DNA of 64,000 nt from a virus, in IMG/VR virus record IMGVR_UViG_3300045303_000182, positions 32,001 through 96,000 of that record; one strand, 5' to 3'. The notes under the pieces were generated by a model. That model was not told the DNA's origin. It was given only the letters and a program-made list of their open reading frames with translations, and did not search any database. Every line of letters begins with the position of its first letter. Position 1 is the first letter of the stretch. This document shows positions 63,396 through 64,000 of this stretch, in pieces. The position numbers were made by a program, and so were the translations under genes.

Positions 63396-63839
63396 TCAGG
63401 CCGGTGTGGCGACGTGGCGCGTCGGCGCTGTCCGCGTCGCCCGATGAAGAGCCGTCTTGCCCTTCCCCGAGCGCTTGTTCGAACCCGGCTTCACGCCCGC
63501 ACGCGCTCCCAGCTTGCGCGAGGCCGGTGGCGGCGTCAACTTCACCTTGTACCCGCACGGGAACGCCCCCTGCACGTCGAACTCCTTGATCAGCGCACGG
63601 TCGTTCTTGCTCAGGTCGTAACGCACCACCGTGTCGGGATCGTTGGAGAAGGTGACGTACACCTTCGACGCTCCGACCGACACCGTGGCGACGCCCTTGC
63701 TGCGCCGCATCGACTCAGCAATGGCGCAGTGCGCCGGATCCGTGGGGATCGCCCTGCTCACGTCGGCCGCCGTGATCTCCGTGGACAGGTTGCGGGTGGC
63801 GTCCTTGACGGTCACCCCGTTCATCTTGATGGCTGGCAT
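63396..63839 (-). CDS. Basic hypothetical protein
   Basis: Start MPAIKMNG after AGGAG; DPAHCAIA. Confidence 0.65.
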   Translation of the reverse strand: MPAIKMNGVTVKDATRNLSTEITAADVSRAIPTDPAHCAIAESMRRSKGVATVSVGASKVYVTFSNDPDTVVRYDLSKNDRALIKEFDVQGAFPCGYKVKLTPPPASRKLGARAGVKPGSNKRSGKGKTALHRATRTAPTRHVATPA

Positions 63840-64000
63840 GCTTGCTCCTACTCGTTGTAGTGGACTCCGAGAGCGCACCCTACATGATGTGTCACGTCGA
63901 GCGCAACGCCTGCTCAGAGGAGCCATCCATGGCCTCCACGCACGGATACGCGGATACCCGCTTATCACTGCTTCATAGGTCCGTATGGGACTCGCTACTA

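Noticed and set aside
1-64000. tRNA, tmRNA, integrase, IS, reverse transcriptase/DGR, intein
   Set aside because: No cloverleaf with T-loop and acceptor stem in the gaps, and no recombinase, DDE, YxDD or intein motifs seen; inspection was by eye, so divergent cases could be missed

Overview
A 64-kb internal segment of a high-GC tailed phage with a contractile tail (myovirus). Almost all genes are on the minus strand. From right to left: an early/accessory region (49.8-64 kb: dCMP deaminase, LPxTG-anchored Thr-rich surface protein, secreted lytic transglycosylase, Toprim protein, KTSC, GNAT, many small ORFs); large terminase; a 7-kb block of small proteins and putative effector enzymes between terminase and portal; portal, scaffold and N4-gp56-type major capsid protein; about 15 kb of fibre/decoration and head-tail genes; sheath, tube, chaperones, tape measure and baseplate; and a replication module (HTH initiator, DnaC-like loader, DnaB-like helicase cut off by the left edge). 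Leaderless TANNNT promoters, the sortase signal and one conserved small protein point to an actinobacterial host, possibly Acidimicrobiia. No integrase, tRNA, CRISPR or IS was recognised. Best novel signals: (1) a genome-wide palindromic 12-bp site RTAYC-NN-GRTAY (15 exact copies found by eye, several written with rare codons inside genes, four with a longer flank); (2) the portal-terminase cassette of two ADP-ribosyltransferase-like proteins and a glycosylase-like protein, with shared short peptide motifs suggesting head-packaged, injected cargo; (3) an array of c(GNA)g mini-hairpins inside the initiator gene (candidate origin); (4) a TTC-TTT-CGT +1 frameshift candidate in the tail chaperone; (5) a phage-encoded sortase substrate. 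All family assignments come from motif recognition by eye, not from database searches.
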